64,000 nucleotides of DNA from NCBI RefSeq assembly GCF_964204645.1, contig NC_134027.1:19554560-19618559 (forward strand). Reading direction: 5' to 3'. A model generated the notes under the pieces. It was not told where the DNA came from and did no database searches. It saw only the letters and a program-made list of their open reading frames with translations. This DNA comes from Tubulanus polymorphus. Its lineage: Eukaryota > Animalia > Nemertea. Shown one piece after another: positions 9,364-21,617 of the stretch (position 1 is the first letter of the stretch; every line of letters starts with the position of its first letter). A program made the translations under genes and the position numbers.

Positions 9364-12300
9364 ATCAAAATATAATATTTCAATATGCTTTTCGCCAAAA
9401 AGTCTTTTTCAAAATCTGTTGTAGATATGGTTCTCTGTTGGGTATTAAAATCTATATATTTTTCTAACCACTTCGATTGATTAAATTCAATATATCTATG
9501 TACTTTATTTATTTTCATTCCTTGTTTTAGATAAAATTTTAACATTCTATAATGAACAATATAATTATATTTATTATTTTGAGTAAGTATTAATTTTTCT
9601 GTAAAAACATGATCTTTCAATTTTATTTTCTTCTGGTATTCACTTAAATAACTATCATCTACAGTTAAATGTTCTGGGCAATAAGGTAAGTTTCTTGTTT
9701 TAAACTTTATATTTTCAGGATATTCAAAATCAACTGCAAAGAAATAACCAATTGGTGCTTCATCTTTTAAACTCGCAATTGCGCTTTCCCAATCAGTTTT
9801 ATCACCATTTTCAACTTCTGTTAATATAAAATCTTTATATGGTTGAGGTTGCATCATTGCCCAACCATATAAATTATTGGCGTCAATATATAATAATTTA
9901 TATTCATCATTTGCTTTAAAATACCTATCTCCCATAACACCACTAATTCCACCTCTAATTGATTTTTCAAATAATAAAACCATATCTGGTTCTTTTAATA
10001 AATTTAATTCTACGTTAGTATATTTCAAACCACATTGCCAGGTTAAACCAGGACTAGAGTAGCAATAACAAGGATCAACATTAAAATGATTCAAATTAAC
10101 TTCTCAAAATTTTTCAAATATGTCAGCTAATATCATAACATCTGATTTTAAGTAAAGATCAACTAATTCACCATGATTTTCTATCTTAAAGTGATTCCAA
10201 ATATTCAATGTTCTATTATATACTTCATCTTTAACATATTCATGTTTTAATTCATCATAGAAATGTTCTTTTAATAGTTCAGTTATGTTAAAATCATTAT
10301 GTGATTTATAAAATGAATAAGGAATTGCACCTTTATATCTTAATAATTTAAAATCTTGTTCATTTGGATAATAATATCGAGTTATAACAAAATCATTATC
10401 AACTAAACTTTTTGATAAATTATCTAATGAACTTGCTAGAAATCTATAAGAATCTAAAAATCTAATGCAACCAAATTGAAATGAAATATAATTTTCAGAT
10501 GTTTTAGCTTTATCATATTTTCTTACATTTACGCCATTCATAGCAGTATATTCTTCTATTTCTTGATTAATTGCGCCCAATTTTCCCGATAATTGTTTTA
10601 TAAATAGATGGGTATCATAGCCTGATAAATTATGAAATAATATTGGAACGAAATTTACTTTTTTAGCTCGTAAATTACAATCTTCATGAGCAGCTCCACG
10701 ATATTTTGAATTTAAATGATCATGATCACTAACTTTTTTATCAAATGAATAAAAAGGTTTTTCACAATAACAACAATGGGTTGCATAATTAAAATCAATT
10801 TCATCTTCTTTTGTCATAACTATTCTTTTATTTTTGTTTAATAATTCTGCAAAATCACTTTCAAATTCAATAATTTTGTTACAAAAATTATTAACTACAT
10901 CTTCACCTCTAAAAGAAATATATTGACTTTCATATAATTCAGGATGATTTGATTTTATATAAATTCCATAAGCAGCAGCTCTTTGATGAACTTTTTTGAT
11001 TGTGTTTATAATTGGTGGATCTTGAATTATATCTTCATTTAATTCATTTCCTTTATCCATTGATTTTAATAATTGCTTTTTGTTATATATTTCTTTTCTA
11101 TCTTGATCAGTTAATTCTTTATTCAACGATTCAAAATCCCTACAAATTACAAATGGAACAATATTCTTAAATTTATGATTAGTAAATTTCAATTTATAAT
11201 CTTTTTCTGTTGGCATTATTAATTTACGTTTTTTTATGTTTTAATAATGTATTCTCAGTCATAAATTTAGATTAACATTTTCTACATAGATAAATTTTAT
11301 TATGGTGATCACTTTCTGTTCTAAAGAATAAATCAATTTGTTTTAACCACATATAATGTTCATTTTCATCTTTTTTGTAATATAACAAATCTATAGCATT
11401 TTCATCATCATAATATTCTGTTAAATATAAAGCTTCCAATGTATAATCTTTAATATTTTCACCTTTTGTATTTGGTTATTGCATTAATTCGAATACATTT
11501 ATTTTTAAATTATTATTTTTTTCTATTTTGGGCATCATTTTTATAGTTACTGGATATTGATCAATTTTATATAATGTTTCATATTTCCGGTAATTTGTTA
11601 TTCTAAAACTATGCGTAATATTTTCTGTTTGGTGTAAGCAACTAATAATTGACCATAGAAAACATGTATTATCTTCATTTTGAATATTTATTACTGCTTT
11701 TGTTGTAAATGGTAATTTAATATAAGATGATGCTTTAATATCCTTTTCTGTTGTAAAGTTTGAATCATTTTTAAACATTTTATTACTTTTTGATGTTTTA
11801 TTTCTTTTTGTATTATAAACATTTAAATCTAAATATATAATTTCATTCAATGTTAAGCCAGAACCCTCAAAATATCTTTCTTCAATATGACGTTTAAATT
11901 CATTAAATATTTTTTCTAACTTCTCTTTTATTTGTGTTTTTGAAATTATTTCTTCAGAGTGTGTTTGAATATTATAATCCATTTTTTCTTCTGACTTTAT
12001 AAAACTTACTTTCCCAGAGATACTAATATTCAACATCTGTTATCAAATCTAGTATTTTTTCTATTATTTCATTAAATTTACTATAATCTTCTATTGTTGT
12101 TCCTTTAAAATCTAAATATAATAGCTGCAGGACCAATTTTACTATGTAATGTTTCTAAAATTTCAATTGTATCTTTTATTTCTAGTGAATCAATATAATT
12201 TCTAACATTTTCCATGTAAGGTTTATTTGAAATGGATTTAGTTTTTGAAGTTGGTTTTTTTAATTTTCAGGTTTATCATCAAAATAATCTTTTCCTAAAA

Positions 12301-12594
12301 CATTATTAATCAAATTTTGATGGTGTTTTTGTGATTCGAGATGTCTATTATAATTCCTTTTTACTATAAATTCATTACAAACTTCTCATTTTATTTCATC
12401 CACATTCATATCATTTAATCGTTCTTTTTTTCATTGGAATTTTCTGGAGTTTCAAAATCTATTACATTTTTTATACGATTTGCAGATTTTTCATGTCGTG
12501 ATTTTTGGGATTTATCGATGTATTTTTTAAAATATTGGCAATAATATTGATTTTTATTGACATTATTCTTTTCTGTATGTTTTTCATTCTCCAT
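9364..12594 (-). pseudogene. Protein-primed family B DNA polymerase (pPolB) of element C, fragmented
   Basis: Fragments 11476..12036 (NEDNTCFLWS, OTU-like Cys), 10104..11216 (DFES, FHNLSGYD, DHDHL endonuclease VII-like) and 9357..10094 (IRGG, YIDANNLYG). Motif B is deleted. Confidence 0.9.
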
Positions 12595-12753
12595 TTATAA
12601 GGAAAAAAAATATTTGTGGTGATGAGTGGTGTCTTGACCTCTCGACCTCTGGTATGAAAGCCTACTTTTCCTATTACTTCATTATACACAACTGAAAAAT
12701 TACTTTGGATCTTACAGAGACACGTACGCATTGATTTTTGAAATCTTTTGAAC

Positions 12754-14084
12754 CTACTCGAATACTTCTAGGATTACTGCAATAGCACGACGTTTTGCAA
12801 TGGCTGATGGAAGAGGTTCATTTCCATGAGTAACATTATCATCATCAATTTGTTCTTCATCACCTTCATTTAAATTATCTTCTACTGAGTCACTACTTAA
12901 CAAACTGATATTGTGCAAGACAAAACAACTTATTATAAAATCTACCAGTCTGTTTGGGTCATGCATATCAATATATTTAAGTCGGCGCAAACGACCTTTC
13001 AATAAGGCAAAGCATTTTCGATCCTCATTCGGGTAGAACTGTGTAGAAAGTTGTAGTTCTTTTCTAATTTTTCTAGTCCACCGGTATCTCGGAATGGTGT
13101 TAGTATGACATCACTCAATTCATAGGCCGAGTCTGCCAATAAATGGCTATTTTCTGGAAAAAGCTTACGTCGCTTCTCAAGATCTTCACAAGCAAGTCCA
13201 AGTTTGGAGTTTTTGAGCACTCGGGAATCATGTGTCGAACCTGGCCATCCAACATAGACATACGTGAAAATCATCCGATGATCACATATGGCGGCAACAT
13301 TTATCGAATGGTATTTCTTACGGTTAAGAAACGTCTCTGGGTTCTTTACCGGTGTCTTAATAGGAATGTGTGTACCATCCAGAGCACCAATTACCTTTTA
13401 AAATTAAGAAGATAACGTTTTATAAACACAATTGGTCAATATGATTATTCTACAAAATCAGAGTGGTATTAGACGATACGACCTACCTTTGGAAATTGTC
13501 GCATTTGCTCAAATCCACGAAAAACTTGATAAATATTGTCACCAGTCGGCCACTTAATAAATTTCTTCAGCAGCTTGTTGTTCATGACTTGGCTGATGGT
13601 GGCTGGAAGAATAGACAATATGTAGCAAGTCATATTTTAATTTTTTCTGCATTTATCTCTTGATCAATATCAACTCTTAAGGTGTCGGCTACAGTTCTCT
13701 GAAAAATAATCAAACAACGAACTCACCAATTATCTTAAAGACTGAAGCTTCACAAACTCCAAATACGTCAGCCACTCTTATCAACGGGTCTTGAGTAGCA
13801 CAATAATAAACATAAATCAACATTAGTTTTTCGTACGATATACAAGAGTTTCTGTCAGCAGCGAGTATAGGGATGAGATGGTCTTTCAGGACATCAAAGG
13901 TCGTTCTGCTAATTCTAAACCGAGCCTTGAAATCGTCCGGTGTATATCTACTGATAATTGCAGACAGAGAGTTTTGAATTCGAGGTATTTTTTTTTCTTT
14001 TAGATTTTTGAGTTCTTCAGTAACCTTAAATTCGTCAATTACGTCGTCCTCGAATAATTTTCTTTTTCGACAATGGTATACCAT
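12754..14084 (-). pseudogene. PIF/Harbinger DDE transposase (HARBI1-like), frameshifted, with intron 13395-13486
   Basis: FKARFRISRTTF, FPK|VIGALDGTHIPI joined across a GT-AG intron, GWPGSTHDSRV, LADSAY, RMRIENA, CFVLHN. Confidence 0.9.
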
Positions 14085-14130
14085 TGTCGAAAAAGAAAAT
14101 TATTCGAGGACGACGTAATTGACGAATTTA
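14027..14130. repeat. Perfect 104-bp palindrome with no spacer
   Basis: Arms read base by base around the centre CAATGGTA|TACCATTG (14078/14079). Confidence 0.9.
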
Positions 14131-14361
14131 GATTTAGAGATACCGGCCTACGCAAGAGCGCGTATCCGGTACACTGAAACATTCATCTATCACAAAAGTA
14201 CATAAAATGTTACGAGCGATTTCACGCCGCACGTTTACTTCCTGGTACGCCATTTTGTTGCAGCAACGCGGCGGCCGTTTATTTAAGCGAATTCGATTAT
14301 GGATACGCTAACATACGCAGCAGATAACGCGCGTTATGACGAGTTGCTTAAATAAAAACGC

Positions 14362-14842
14362 CTCAAGACTCTTAAGGTAAATTTATTGCAGGCTACACTG
14401 ATAAATATAAAATTAATATTATGATATAAAATTGATTTTAGAAGGACTAAACTCGTAGATTCATAATAAAAATATGAAAAGTACCAGGACTCGAACCAAC
14501 AATCAAAATTGGGCCGTCAAGTGCTGCCACCATGTGACACCTGGCAAACAGTCTTTGCATCGTCAGCAGTTGCAAAATGTTTTTTGATAATTTTAGGACA
14601 TTTATAGTGATTTCTAGCCTTTGCAAAGAGGTTTTATCATATCCAACGTAGCGGTAGGATATCACATATAAAGGATTATGCGTGACGATATATAGTAAGT
14701 AAAATATCGCCCATTGAAAACATGAAGCGAGAGATTTTCATTGCAAATGAACTAGAGCATGGCGGATTTAGGTTCCAATTTCCGGTTCTGACTAGCGCCA
14801 TCAAACGAGTAATTCAAGAACTTGAATTTGTCGATTTCCCGT
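14362..14842. repeat. Dispersed composite repeat, copy 1 (copy 2 at 44635-45022)
   Basis: 14362-14450 is the reverse complement of 44635-44722; ~14530-14842 matches ~44738-45022 directly. Confidence 0.75.
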
Positions 14843-15239
14843 TTAGGATTAGATAAGAGCCAAATTGGCTTATAAACATCGTTAAAACCACGCTTCAATA
14901 GTTCCCGCCGCCTTACATTCGTCTCATAGCTGCCTTGTGCAAATTAACTCAAGGAGTGGTACAACGTCATACCTAATGTGTTTTTATCCAAAGGGTCTGA
15001 GCCTGATAAAAGATCCATTACTCGAGTAACCGCAGTTATACCACTTAGGTTATAATTCTGGATTGTTTTGACGCTTTAAATCGAAAGCAGCTGACTCTTT
15101 GCTTAACTTGGACCAAATTGGTTGATTTACTTTTTGGTGACAGCCAAACTATATCAGGCCAAGCATATTGCCTTACAGATTTCTCTAATTTCTCAAATAA
15201 ATCCTTCTGAATATCTGAATTTTCTCCACTAAACCCCGA

Positions 15240-15449
15240 TGTGGTTTCTCCGTCATAAGGAAGTAAACATCAACGCTTAGTTTCATACGCTTCGACAGAT
15301 TTATTTTCTTCATAAATCAGCATTAAACGAAGGTTTAAAACAATTAGCTCATCGCCATTTCTTTCTTCAAACCACGCTACCCTTTAATTCCGTTTTTTCT
15401 AGTCTTCCCCCCAGAGGGCAGCACATCCTAGCTAAAATTGTTGCCAACA
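15240..15449 (-). repeat. 3' LTR of BEL/Pao element
   Basis: TGTGGTTTCTCC...GTTGCCAACA, nearly identical to 40736-40950; adjacent PPT GGAGGAGGGTA on minus. Confidence 0.95.
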
Positions 15450-15798
15450 TACCCTCCTCCTTAAGGGAACCTACCCCTTAACGAAATTACAATACAGGCA
15501 CAATTTTCGATAGCCCATTTGAAAATTGCAAAATTGATTAACCAACAATAATCTATGAAAAATTAACACAAAATTTAACTAGAGATAAACACTAGAGGCT
15601 TATGGCCTTAATAAAACCCCATCTAAGATACATGCCAAATAAAACAAAAACAAAATCATCAACATACGTAGCTTACAGTATCCAACATCTCATACATCAT
15701 AATTAAGTATTAAATGCTTCAAATAATCATAAGGATTATTAGCACAACTGCAGTTTAACAAATACAGCCAACTGAAAACATTTTAAAGTTTACACTTC

Positions 15799-17906
15799 TT
15801 AATCGTCACACTCTAGGGAAACCAGCTTATCGATAGGACGAGTTATAACGCGATTGCCCTTAGTTTTGACTAAAACGCTTCGAACTAGACCATCATTTCC
15901 TGGGAAGACCTGCATAACGCGCCCCAACGGCCAGAAATTCCTAGGAGTGGCATGATCGGCCACTAGGACTATGTCGCCTATACGCAAATTCCGTTTCGCA
16001 TCGAACCCTTTATACCGGGCTTGCGCACGTAAAAGACTGGATTCTTTCACTTGATGATCCTTCGTCAGATCTCGCACGTCTCGAGAAAAGCTCTCGCTCT
16101 GAACGCTTTTCAGAATCAACGTTTCGGCATTCCTAAGCTCAGCCACGGTAATGTGCTTAGGTTTCGTACATGTAGTAGCATTTCGATCCAAACCTCGTCT
16201 ACGGCTGATGACAGCTTCTTTGAGCGACTTAACGAACCTTTCGACCCAAGCAACGACGACTTTAACTTTATACCAGGTCGAGAATTTGTTTACGACTTCC
16301 ATTATAACCGACGGAGTCGCACGTTGCTCGGCAATCTGTCCGAACGATTTAAGCCCAGAATTTTTCAGCTCGGGATCGTCGACCAAAAACGCGAGATCCG
16401 GAGATACGTTCGGCCATTTCGGCTTTTATCCTTTCGAAGAAACTCCGGTCCAAATAACCAATTCGACGTGCAGGTCATCTGGTGAGCAGGAAACCCCCTG
16501 GAAACGTCATAAGCAGGGTTAGACTTGCCATCGATAAATTGCCACTGCGATGGACTCGACGCGTCGTGGATTACCGCCAACTTATTAGAAACGAATGTCT
16601 TGAATCTTTTATCGCGATTCCTGATATATTTAATGACGGTAGTAAAAACGGAATCATCGACCGGTAATTCTAAATCATTCTTTATCGCTTTATCGATATT
16701 CACGGACACCACGGCAGCAGACAATTCGAGTCTGGGTATCGATACAGTTTTCAATGGAGCCAGTCACGATTTACAAGTCATGAGCGCAGTGTGTATTTCG
16801 CCGAGTTCATTTTCGACCCTCATATAGGACACCGTGCCGTAACCAACTTCGGACGCATCGGAAAAATGATGAAGTTGTGTATTCACTACACGACCGAAAC
16901 CAGGCGGAAATAAACAACGCGGTATCTTTATTTCCTCGAGCAACGAAATATCCTCCAACCACGCGTTCCATTTATCTACATAGACGAGTGGGATAGGGTC
17001 ATCCCAATTGAGCCCTAGCTTACACAGCTCTTGGCCAATAATCTTTCCGGGAAGCATTATCGGCGCCACGAAACCAAGAGGATCGTATATCGAGCGAGTC
17101 ACCGACAGCAGACCGCGGCGAGTTAACGGGCGAGGTTTCAGTTTGACTTTAAACGTGAAAACATCATTCTCCATATCCCATAAACATCCAAGCGCTCGCT
17201 CGCTGGGCAGATCATTTGAGCCTAGCTCTCTGAGACTAGCTGCTCTCTCCTCGGGTGGAATAGCCTCAAGTAACGCTCTGGAATTCGACGCAAATTTCGT
17301 GAGATTAAACCTGCCCTTTCGTAATAGAGTCTTTACGTTTTTCGCAGTTCTTATTGTGTCGTGTTCATCGTCTAATGATTTCAAGCAATCGTCGACGTAG
17401 AAGTCTTTCCTCACGGTATCAAACGTTGTCGTGTCAAAATCATCTTTATTGTCTTCGGCCGTTTTTTTTAACGCGTAATTACATACACATGGAGAAGAGA
17501 TCGCACCGAAAATATGCACGTTCATGCGATACGGGACGGGTTCAATAGCCAGGTCTCCATCTTGCCACCGCAAGAACCTCATGGCGTCACGATCCCTGCT
17601 CGGCACTCTGACTTGGTGAAACATATTTTCAATGTCAGCCATAAATGCAAATCGGCCTTGACGGAAACGCATCAGGACCCCCACCAAAGCGTTGGTGAGG
17701 TCAGGACCCTGGATAAAGCACATCATTCAGTGACACATCCCTGTACTTAGCGGAACAATCATACACCACACGCAGTTTCCCAGGTTTCTGCGGATGGAAA
17801 ACTGGATGATGCGGTAAGTACCAGATCGTCGAATCTGGAGATTCATCACTTAAACGATTCGGAACGACTTCGGCGAAACTACGTTCGACTAATTTATTAA
17901 TATAGT
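15799..17906 (-). pseudogene. BEL/Pao pol (RT, Pao RNase H, C-terminal domain); integrase core deleted
   Basis: WYLPHHPV, QGPDLTN, ADIENMFHQV, FYVDD, HHFSDASEVGYG, IPRLELSAA, NFWPLGRV..PGNDGLVR. Confidence 0.92.
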
Positions 17907-18502
17907 AGTAATAGGGAATATCTTGTTTCAGATCAAAGGTCGAACGGTCGAGTTCATTAAAAACAAAACGTTAAAAGTAATTTAAAACTATAATATATTT
18001 TCATAACCGTGTGCATTTTATATTAAAACTAAATATTTATTCTAAGATATCAATAATTTAAAAAGCATATTGTATTAAATCAATTGGTCGCTCCACTTCG
18101 CTACCGCTCCGCTCCGCGACCAATTGATTTATTTACAATACACACATTCATATAATCAAATATATTCAAATAATAATAATAATTCTATTATTCAACTGAA
18201 ATACACACGGTTATGAAAATATATTATAGTTTTAAATTACTTTTAATATTTGTTATTAATGAACTCGACCATTCAACCTTTGACCTGAAACAACATATTC
18301 CCTATTACTCTTAAAATATTCATATATATGAATAAAATATAAATGAATAACTTCTAAAATCAATTTTAATAAAAAATTTAGTATTAAAATGGAAGCAAAT
18401 AAGTACTACTGCCCAACATGTAATATCAATATAGATAAATCCAAAAAAGCAAGACACAATAAAACTAAAACACATTTAGAGAATAAATTGAAACTAGAAT
18501 AT
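17907..18502 (+). repeat. Left TIR of B (~596 bp; first 403 bp form a fold-back)
   Basis: 18111-18502 is the reverse complement of 39683-40074; internal palindrome 17907-18309. Confidence 0.9.
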
Positions 18503-18640
18503 TTACAGTTATATTCAGAACAGTTAACAAAGGCAAAGAAATTTATTGAATTATGGAATAATGATCCAAATAATGAACAATACGTTGAGGAATTTGATAT
18601 CAAGGATCCGATGTTTATACTAGAACATGATTCTATTTGA
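18389..18640 (+). CDS. 83-aa chimeric ORF: pPolB N-terminal zinc finger plus HNH-protein C-terminal tail
   Basis: First 38 aa match 39365..39796; LQLYSEQLTKAKKF...EEFDIKDP matches the end of the HNH protein. Confidence 0.6.
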   Translation: MEANKYYCPTCNINIDKSKKARHNKTKTHLENKLKLEYLQLYSEQLTKAKKFIELWNNDPNNEQYVEEFDIKDPMFILEHDSI

Positions 18641-18719
18641 ACCTATATACATTCCATGTACAGAGCTATGGAATAAATCTATAAATTCACAGCTGTTACA
18701 GCCGTTACTATGACGCCGA

Positions 18720-18890
18720 GACATTATGACTCATAATATTACAAACGTGCAGAGAAAATTCTAGAAAGGTGTGCTGGAACTCTGAATAGAGATGACATGT
18801 CATAATCAGAAACGTGTAGAATATTCTAGAAAGGCGCGCCGGAACCAGATGATGTGGCATAATCAACGGCGTGTTCATTCTAGAAATCGC
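18720..18890. promoter_or_regulatory. ~60-70 bp repeats with HSE-like motifs
   Basis: GAAaaTTCtaGAA at 18754-18766, GAAtaTTCtaGAA at 18819-18831, TTCtaGAA at 18878-18885, TGACTCA near 18727. Confidence 0.5.
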
Positions 18891-19429
18891 CCCGGAAATG
18901 AACAGACGCTGTAACATTGTGCTCAGGATATTCTATCCCTCGAAACGAAATTAGGAGTTTATAGTTTACAATTATAAATCTAAATGTAAGTACTGTTTTT
19001 TGTAGTTATTAGGGCTATTAAATATGAAACCTTTATATATATTTAAGTGTATTTAGTATATCTTTTAGATAGCTAGAGTTGCCGCTAATATCTTTTAGAT
19101 TAATAAAACGCCATACGCATCAAGAAGTGATAGAGAAACTCAAGATACTCTTTCTGACTGAGGAATCAACAGCAATGGGGATATCGAACCAATAGAAATT
19201 AGCACAAGAAACACAAGAATCGCCAAAAGATCGACGAAGAAACTATATAAGAATTTCAAAAACATTAAGACTCCAATGATTAAGTTTAACATTTGTTGTT
19301 GTTGTTAAATATTTACCAGCAATTGAAAAAATGTTTTTAATTATAGATTTTATATATAGAAATCAAATGATGTATTGGAAGAAACGGCCGAACAACTTGT
19401 ATAATGTATTGTGTAAATCTGTTTGGTGA

Positions 19430-19870
19430 ATTTTTATGTTCGGTCGTTTCTATTCAGAATGAATATATAATTAGGATTAGCGCATGCGCATTAAGCAAAA
19501 GCGCGCATGAATGCGCGGTTTGCCTAATGCGAACACGTTTAGATGTTTCATGTCGGTCGTTTCTATTTACATAATTATATATTCATTATGTAAATATAAT
19601 TATGATTAACGCATGCGCATTGATCAAAAACGCTCCTATAAGAGCGGTTTTGCCTAGTGCACATGCGTTTGAATTTTCTATGTTCAGTTGTTTCTATTTT
19701 ACAGAATGAATATATAATTATGATTAGCGCATGCGCATTGATCAAAAACGCTCCTATAAGAGAAGTTTGCCCAGTGGTATTATTTAGATATTTCATGTCG
19801 GTTGTTTCTATTATGATTAACGCATGCGCATTAAGCAAAAGCGCGCATGAATGCGCGGTTTGCTCAGTGG
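19430..19870. repeat. Degenerate ~100-130 bp tandem repeats with GCGCATGCGCA motifs
   Basis: (G/A)CGCATGCGCAT at ~19480, 19609, 19727 and 19820. Confidence 0.8.
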
Positions 19871-20001
19871 TATGATTTAGATATCAAGGAATCGAAACAA
19901 CTTATCAAAAGCAGCGAGGAATGAAAAAGGATGACGTTGGTCGAAGAAATGGAAGAGGATTCTAAAATATTAACCAATTTAGTAAAAAATACGTATAATA
20001 A

Positions 20002-20680
20002 ATGGAACCAGAACAACCACAAATTATCAATATTACAAATGACGCTGGTGTTATAAATATATATTACAAGAAGTGTTCTAAATGTGAATTAGATAAATTA
20101 GCTTTAACAGAATTTAGTAAGCGTAAGATTAGCAAAGATGGTTTTCAATATTGCTGTAAAACTTGTTTTAAACTATATACCAAACAATACCGAGAAGATA
20201 ATATAGAACATTATAATTATTATATGGCAGAATATATGAGAGAAAGATATCAAACAGATCTTAATTTTAGATTGAAACAATGCTTAAGATCTAGATTAAC
20301 ACAATTATTCAACAAAGAAACACATTCAGAAACACTATCTAATTTATTGGGTTGTTCAGATGAATTTCTCAAATCATGGATTATATTTCAATTCGATGAT
20401 AAAATGAATATAGATAATTATGGGGATTATTACCATATTGATCACGTGTTACCAATATCGAAATTTAACATGAATGATGAATACAATAAAAAAACTTATT
20501 TGGGGTTGGAAAAATTTAAGACCTCTTGAAAAGAAGGAAAACATAATTAAATCTAATAAACTAGATTTACAGTTATATTTAGAACAGTTAACAAAGGCAA
20601 AGAAATTGATTGATCAATGGAACAATGATCCAAATAATGAACAATACGTTGAGGAATTTGATATCAAGGATCCGAAATGA
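20002..20680 (+). pseudogene. HNH endonuclease, frameshifted in an A-run near 20490
   Basis: ORFs 20002..20529 and 20474..20680 together reconstruct 2455..3129. Confidence 0.85.
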
Positions 20681-20981
20681 CTTATCTGGACAGTTATAAT
20701 TACTGCTCCTAATAGATAAACAAAAGTAGTGAGATATCAAATAGAATTCAAATAAAATATATTAAAAAAACAATAACTTCAACTAGCCATTATTTCTATT
20801 TTAATTTTTAATATTTTCTTTTCAAAAGAGAATACTTTATATCACAAATAAAAAATACTAAAAAAACAATAACTAATACTAAAATTCTTTACTTTTAACT
20901 AAGCTAGTATTAATCGAAAGAGATACTGGTATCATTTTATAATACTTATAATATTTTTCTTATTAAATTTCTCTAATATAA

Positions 20982-21617
20982 ATGTCAAAGAAATCTAATA
21001 AGAATAGTATTGATATTGAAAAAACATTAGATGATTTGGGCATAAGTGATAATAAGGATCCAGTTGTTTCTAATTCTATTCAAGTTAATAACAATATTGA
21101 TTATGAATACTATTTATATTGTAAACACCATCTTGAACTATTGATTGCTAGCGGAAAGTGTAGAGAGTTTTTAACTAAGACTATTACTTTTCAAGAATTA
21201 GATGTTATGAAACCAGATAAAGTAATAAAATATTTTAAGATTTATGAAGAAGCTAGATTAACTAGAATAAATGATTCTATTTCAGATGGTATTGTCAAAT
21301 GTTATTCAAAATTATGTAACCAGTTAATACCAATTAAATTATGTAACCAGTTAATACCAATTAATGATGAAAATAAATTATATAGTGATTTGAAAAATGA
21401 CTACTTAGTTATGACTGAATTACAAAAATGGGTTGGATATGCTTCATTCCAATTAGGATCGGTTATGACATTAATCTCTACTGGTGTCATAACATTTTCG
21501 AATATCAAGCCTATGGAATATAAATCAGGTAAGAACGAAACAGATGGCGCTGTACTACAACCAAACGTCGAAACAGAAAATGAATCAGAACAAAAATTAA
21601 CTAAAATAAATGAGTGA
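20982..21617 (+). CDS. Polinton hypothetical protein (211 aa; 9-aa in-frame duplication KLCNQLIPI)
   Basis: Homolog of 1549..2151. Confidence 0.8.
   Translation: MSKKSNKNSIDIEKTLDDLGISDNKDPVVSNSIQVNNNIDYEYYLYCKHHLELLIASGKCREFLTKTITFQELDVMKPDKVIKYFKIYEEARLTRINDSISDGIVKCYSKLCNQLIPIKLCNQLIPINDENKLYSDLKNDYLVMTELQKWVGYASFQLGSVMTLISTGVITFSNIKPMEYKSGKNETDGAVLQPNVETENESEQKLTKINE

Larger units (their letters stand above)
5203..12678 (-). mobile_element. Polinton-like element C (decayed, interrupted by A)
   Basis: Homologs of B structural genes, penton and pPolB with many frameshifts. Terminus ...GGTATGAAAGCCTACTTTTCCTATTACT at 12678, 84 nt upstream of the pPolB ATG. Confidence 0.85.

Noticed and set aside
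16051-17750. Several plus-strand ORFs over the BEL pol region
   Set aside because: Antisense shadows of the minus-strand pol with no recognisable motifs.
17901-17906. Target-site preference TATAGN (flanks of A and B read TATAGG and TATAGT before the terminus)
   Set aside because: Flanks of C (TAATGA) and D (GGCCAC) do not fit; two of four is too weak.
17904-17910. AGTAGT as the terminus of B
   Set aside because: The first AGT fits the BEL pol reading frame, and A, C and D all begin AGTAAT, so the end was placed at 17907. No TSD can be checked because the right end is deleted.
18980-19280. Spliced gene downstream of the HSE cluster (GTAAGT donor and TTTTAG acceptors conserved in A and B)
   Set aside because: I could not build an open spliced frame conserved in both elements.
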